This document shows, one piece after another, positions 44,212 to 45,798 of a stretch of DNA of 45,798 nucleotides (position 1 is its first letter; each line of letters begins with the position of its first letter). Location: the NCBI GenBank assembly GCA_036446835.1, contig JAZFTT010000103.1, forward strand, positions 1 to 45,798, given 5' to 3'. The notes under the pieces were generated by a model. It was not told where the DNA came from. It did no database searches and saw only the letters and a list, made by a program, of their open reading frames with translations. The position numbers and the translations under genes were made by a program. This DNA is from Acidimicrobiia bacterium. Its GTDB lineage: Bacteria; Actinomycetota; Acidimicrobiia; Spongiisociales; ZC4RG35.

Positions 44212-45435
44212 ATGGCTCAAATAACCTTTGACAGTGTTGGGAAAATCTACCCGGATGGGACCCGCGCTGTGGGTGACCTTGATTTGACGATCCGGGATAG
44301 CGAGTTCCTTGTTCTCGTTGGACCCTCGGGCTGCGGCAAAACGACCGCACTACGAATGATCGCCGGCTTGGAGGAGATTACCGAAGGGACGATCTCGATT
44401 GGCGACCGCGTTGTCAACGATCTCCAGCCGAAGGACCGTGACATTGCGATGGTGTTTCAGAACTATGCCCTGTACCCGCACATGTCGGTTCGGGACAATA
44501 TGGCATTTGGCCTAAAAATGCAGAAGCTCAAGAAGAGTGAAATCACCCGTCGGGTGGCTGAAGCGGCAGAGATTCTGGAGATCACCGAATTCTTGGACCG
44601 AAAGCCGAAAGCATTGTCTGGCGGTCAGAGGCAGCGGGTAGCGATGGGCCGGGCGATTGTCCGTGAGCCTGCCGCATTCTTGATGGACGAGCCGCTGTCG
44701 AACTTGGACGCCAAACTCAGGGTGCAGATGAGGGCCGAGCTCGAGCGTCTGAGTTTAAGGCTAGAGACCACGACTGTGTACGTCACTCACGATCAGGTGG
44801 AGGCGATGACCCTCGGTGATCGTGTCGCAGTTCTCAGACCAGTGTCCGCGGCCCGTCCTTACAACCTCCAGCAGGTCGGTCCACCGACTGAGCTTTTTGA
44901 TGCTCCAGTCAATCTTTTTGTGGCGGGTTTCATTGGCAGTCCGGCGATGAACCTTCTCTATGCCACATTAGAGAGCCGGGACCAAGAGGTCTGGGTGAAG
45001 GCCGGCGACTATGAGATCAAAGTCGACAAGCGCGCTCTCGACTTACATCCCGGAATCGAAAGCCGGATGAATGAAGAGCTAGTGGTCGGGATCCGGCCCC
45101 ACTCGATGGAAGCTGCGGCTGTGGCTGGTCCAGACGATGAACGGACGATGCGGGTCGACGTAGAAGCCACTGAAATCTTGGGTGCCGAGACATTTGTTCA
45201 TTTTTCCAGCAAGCGACCCCCGGTAGTAACACCCGACATTGTGGAACTGTTGGCAGACACTGGTCAAAGCGTCTCGTCGTTGGGCCAAACATCCAAGTTC
45301 ATCGCCAGAGTCAGCCCCGACGCACGAGTGAAGAGAGGCGAATCAGTGGATCTGATCGTCGACACCGCCAAACTTCACTTTTTCGATGCAGAGACCGGCG
45401 ATCGAATCGGCGCCAAACAGCCTGTATCTCCCTAA
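44212..45435 (+). CDS. ABC transporter ATP-binding protein, MalK/UgpC/MsiK type
   Basis: 407 aa; Walker A GPSGCGKT, signature LSGGQRQRV, Walker B FLMDEPLS, H-loop VTHDQ. C-terminal MalK-type regulatory domain. AAGGAG RBS. Confidence 0.95.
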   Translation: MAQITFDSVGKIYPDGTRAVGDLDLTIRDSEFLVLVGPSGCGKTTALRMIAGLEEITEGTISIGDRVVNDLQPKDRDIAMVFQNYALYPHMSVRDNMAFGLKMQKLKKSEITRRVAEAAEILEITEFLDRKPKALSGGQRQRVAMGRAIVREPAAFLMDEPLSNLDAKLRVQMRAELERLSLRLETTTVYVTHDQVEAMTLGDRVAVLRPVSAARPYNLQQVGPPTELFDAPVNLFVAGFIGSPAMNLLYATLESRDQEVWVKAGDYEIKVDKRALDLHPGIESRMNEELVVGIRPHSMEAAAVAGPDDERTMRVDVEATEILGAETFVHFSSKRPPVVTPDIVELLADTGQSVSSLGQTSKFIARVSPDARVKRGESVDLIVDTAKLHFFDAETGDRIGAKQPVSP

Positions 45436-45453
45436 TAATGCTGGTTCAAACTC

Positions 45454-45642
45454 AAGGTTCGCACCGCCTTCCAGAACCAGGTCATTGGTCAGGTCGACGT
45501 GGTGTTTCCTGGTCTCACCGGATGTTTTGAGGACCTGTTGGGAACAAAGGCGGGGCGGGTGATCATCCACCATATTAGTGAACCGTCCCGTATCAGCCGG
45601 CTCGGAGTCGAGGGTCTTCGTTCTTATGTGGCTAAGAGAGGC
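45454..45642 (+). mobile_element. Internal fragment (about 63 codons) of an IS110-family transposase gene, with no start and no catalytic domains
   Basis: Own translation: KVRTAFQNQVIGQVDVVFPGLTGCFEDLLGTKAGRVIIHHISEPSRISRLGVEGLRSYVAKRG. From memory, this compares well with the IS116/IS900 linker region (..RLR.AL.EYFPA.LEAFEDL......LL...P.P......). Confidence 0.5.
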
Positions 45643-45656
45643 TGTTCTATGAGCCG

Positions 45657-45773
45657 ACGCAGCGGAACGATGGGCGGCGCCGACGTGTCATTGGCGTGCA
45701 TCCCTGGATCGGTCTGCACCGGGATGTCCGGAATCGGCAGAATCTCTCTACCGATTTTCGGGTCTTGCGTCAT
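45657..45773 (-). pseudogene. 5' stub (39 homologous codons; ORF 45624..45773) of an arylsulfatase gene
   Basis: AAGGAG RBS, ATG at 45773. MTQDPKIGREILPIPDIPVQTDPGMHANDTSAPPIVPLR matches the N-terminus of long actinobacterial-type arylsulfatases (G..vLPIPD......t.dA.D.....PPI.plRPP.GAPNV). Unrelated residues follow, then TAA at 45624. Confidence 0.6.
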
Positions 45774-45798
45774 GACAGTCTCCTTGGCTAGCGAACGG
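45705..45798. repeat. Direct terminal repeat copy 2 (identical to 1..94)
   Basis: Base-by-base identity with 1..94. Confidence 0.97.

Noticed and set aside
43433-44350. N-terminal 306 residues of the 599-aa minus-strand ORF 42551..44350
   Set aside because: This stretch has no family resemblance and is Arg/Pro/Ser-rich, like other antisense translations in this GC-rich DNA. It lies antisense to the GlcG pseudogene and to the ATPase 5' end. A strong RBS and ATG at 43432 give a normal-length 293-aa dehydrogenase.
1-45798. Search for tRNA, rRNA, CRISPR arrays, riboswitch-like leaders, integrase/att sites, toxin-antitoxin or defence genes, and biosynthetic (PKS/NRPS/RiPP) genes
   Set aside because: I could recognise none on either strand. 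The remaining non-coding stretches are short and are accounted for by promoters, stubs or the pseudogene.

Overview
GC-rich 45,798-nt window whose first and last 94 nt are identical, so it closes into a 45,704-bp circle or tandem unit. All calls come from reading the six-frame translations and the DNA by eye; no search or statistic was run. I recognise about 42 intact-looking protein genes in roughly 19 short, often divergent transcription units. Almost all are small-molecule catabolism and transport genes, and many belong to paralogous families:
- three ACMSD/LigW/LigJ-type Amidohydro_2 genes
- three Gfo/Idh/MocA oxidoreductases
- two D-2-hydroxyacid dehydrogenases
- two 3-hydroxyisobutyrate-dehydrogenase-like reductases
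- two M24 creatinase-like hydrolases
- two monocupins
- two MDR dehydrogenases
- two GntR/FCD regulators
Single-copy enzymes are an HpcH aldolase, FAH hydrolase, AKR, SDR, Ldh_2, a KynB-like cyclase, a CMD-family protein, and GlcG next to a cyclic amidohydrolase. Three multi-gene modules stand out: a CitE-like lyase with a family III CoA-transferase and an ADP-forming acyl-CoA synthetase; a TPP enzyme divergent from that operon; and an operon of an HMGL-like enzyme, an M24 hydrolase and a rifampicin-phosphotransferase-like PEP-utiliser. Transport genes are a CUT1 sugar ABC importer (lipoprotein SBP plus two permeases, ATPase encoded elsewhere), two MFS, one EamA and a signal-less DctP homolog. 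I found no rRNA, tRNA, CRISPR, replication, partition, conjugation, integrase or phage structural genes. Points worth a second look:
1. The terminal redundancy, combined with the absence of any replicon hallmark.
2. The closure junction, a scar made of an IS110-type transposase fragment, a decapitated arylsulfatase gene and a decapitated FGE gene.
3. More promoter-proximal gene stubs (acyl-CoA dehydrogenase, cyclase, amidohydrolase) and a frameshifted GlcG copy, indicating a mosaic, partly decaying island.
4. A recurrent TATNNTGCA promoter/operator box upstream of at least eight units, with two near-identical GATC-flanked 21-mers, plus a second CTGTAGTAT box class beside both GntR genes.
5. 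Two otherwise intact genes whose conserved N-termini lie upstream of any ATG/GTG/TTG.
Lipoprotein SBP, a stand-alone MsiK-like ATPase, frequent GTG/TTG starts and leaderless-looking promoters suggest an actinobacterial-type host; that is inference only.
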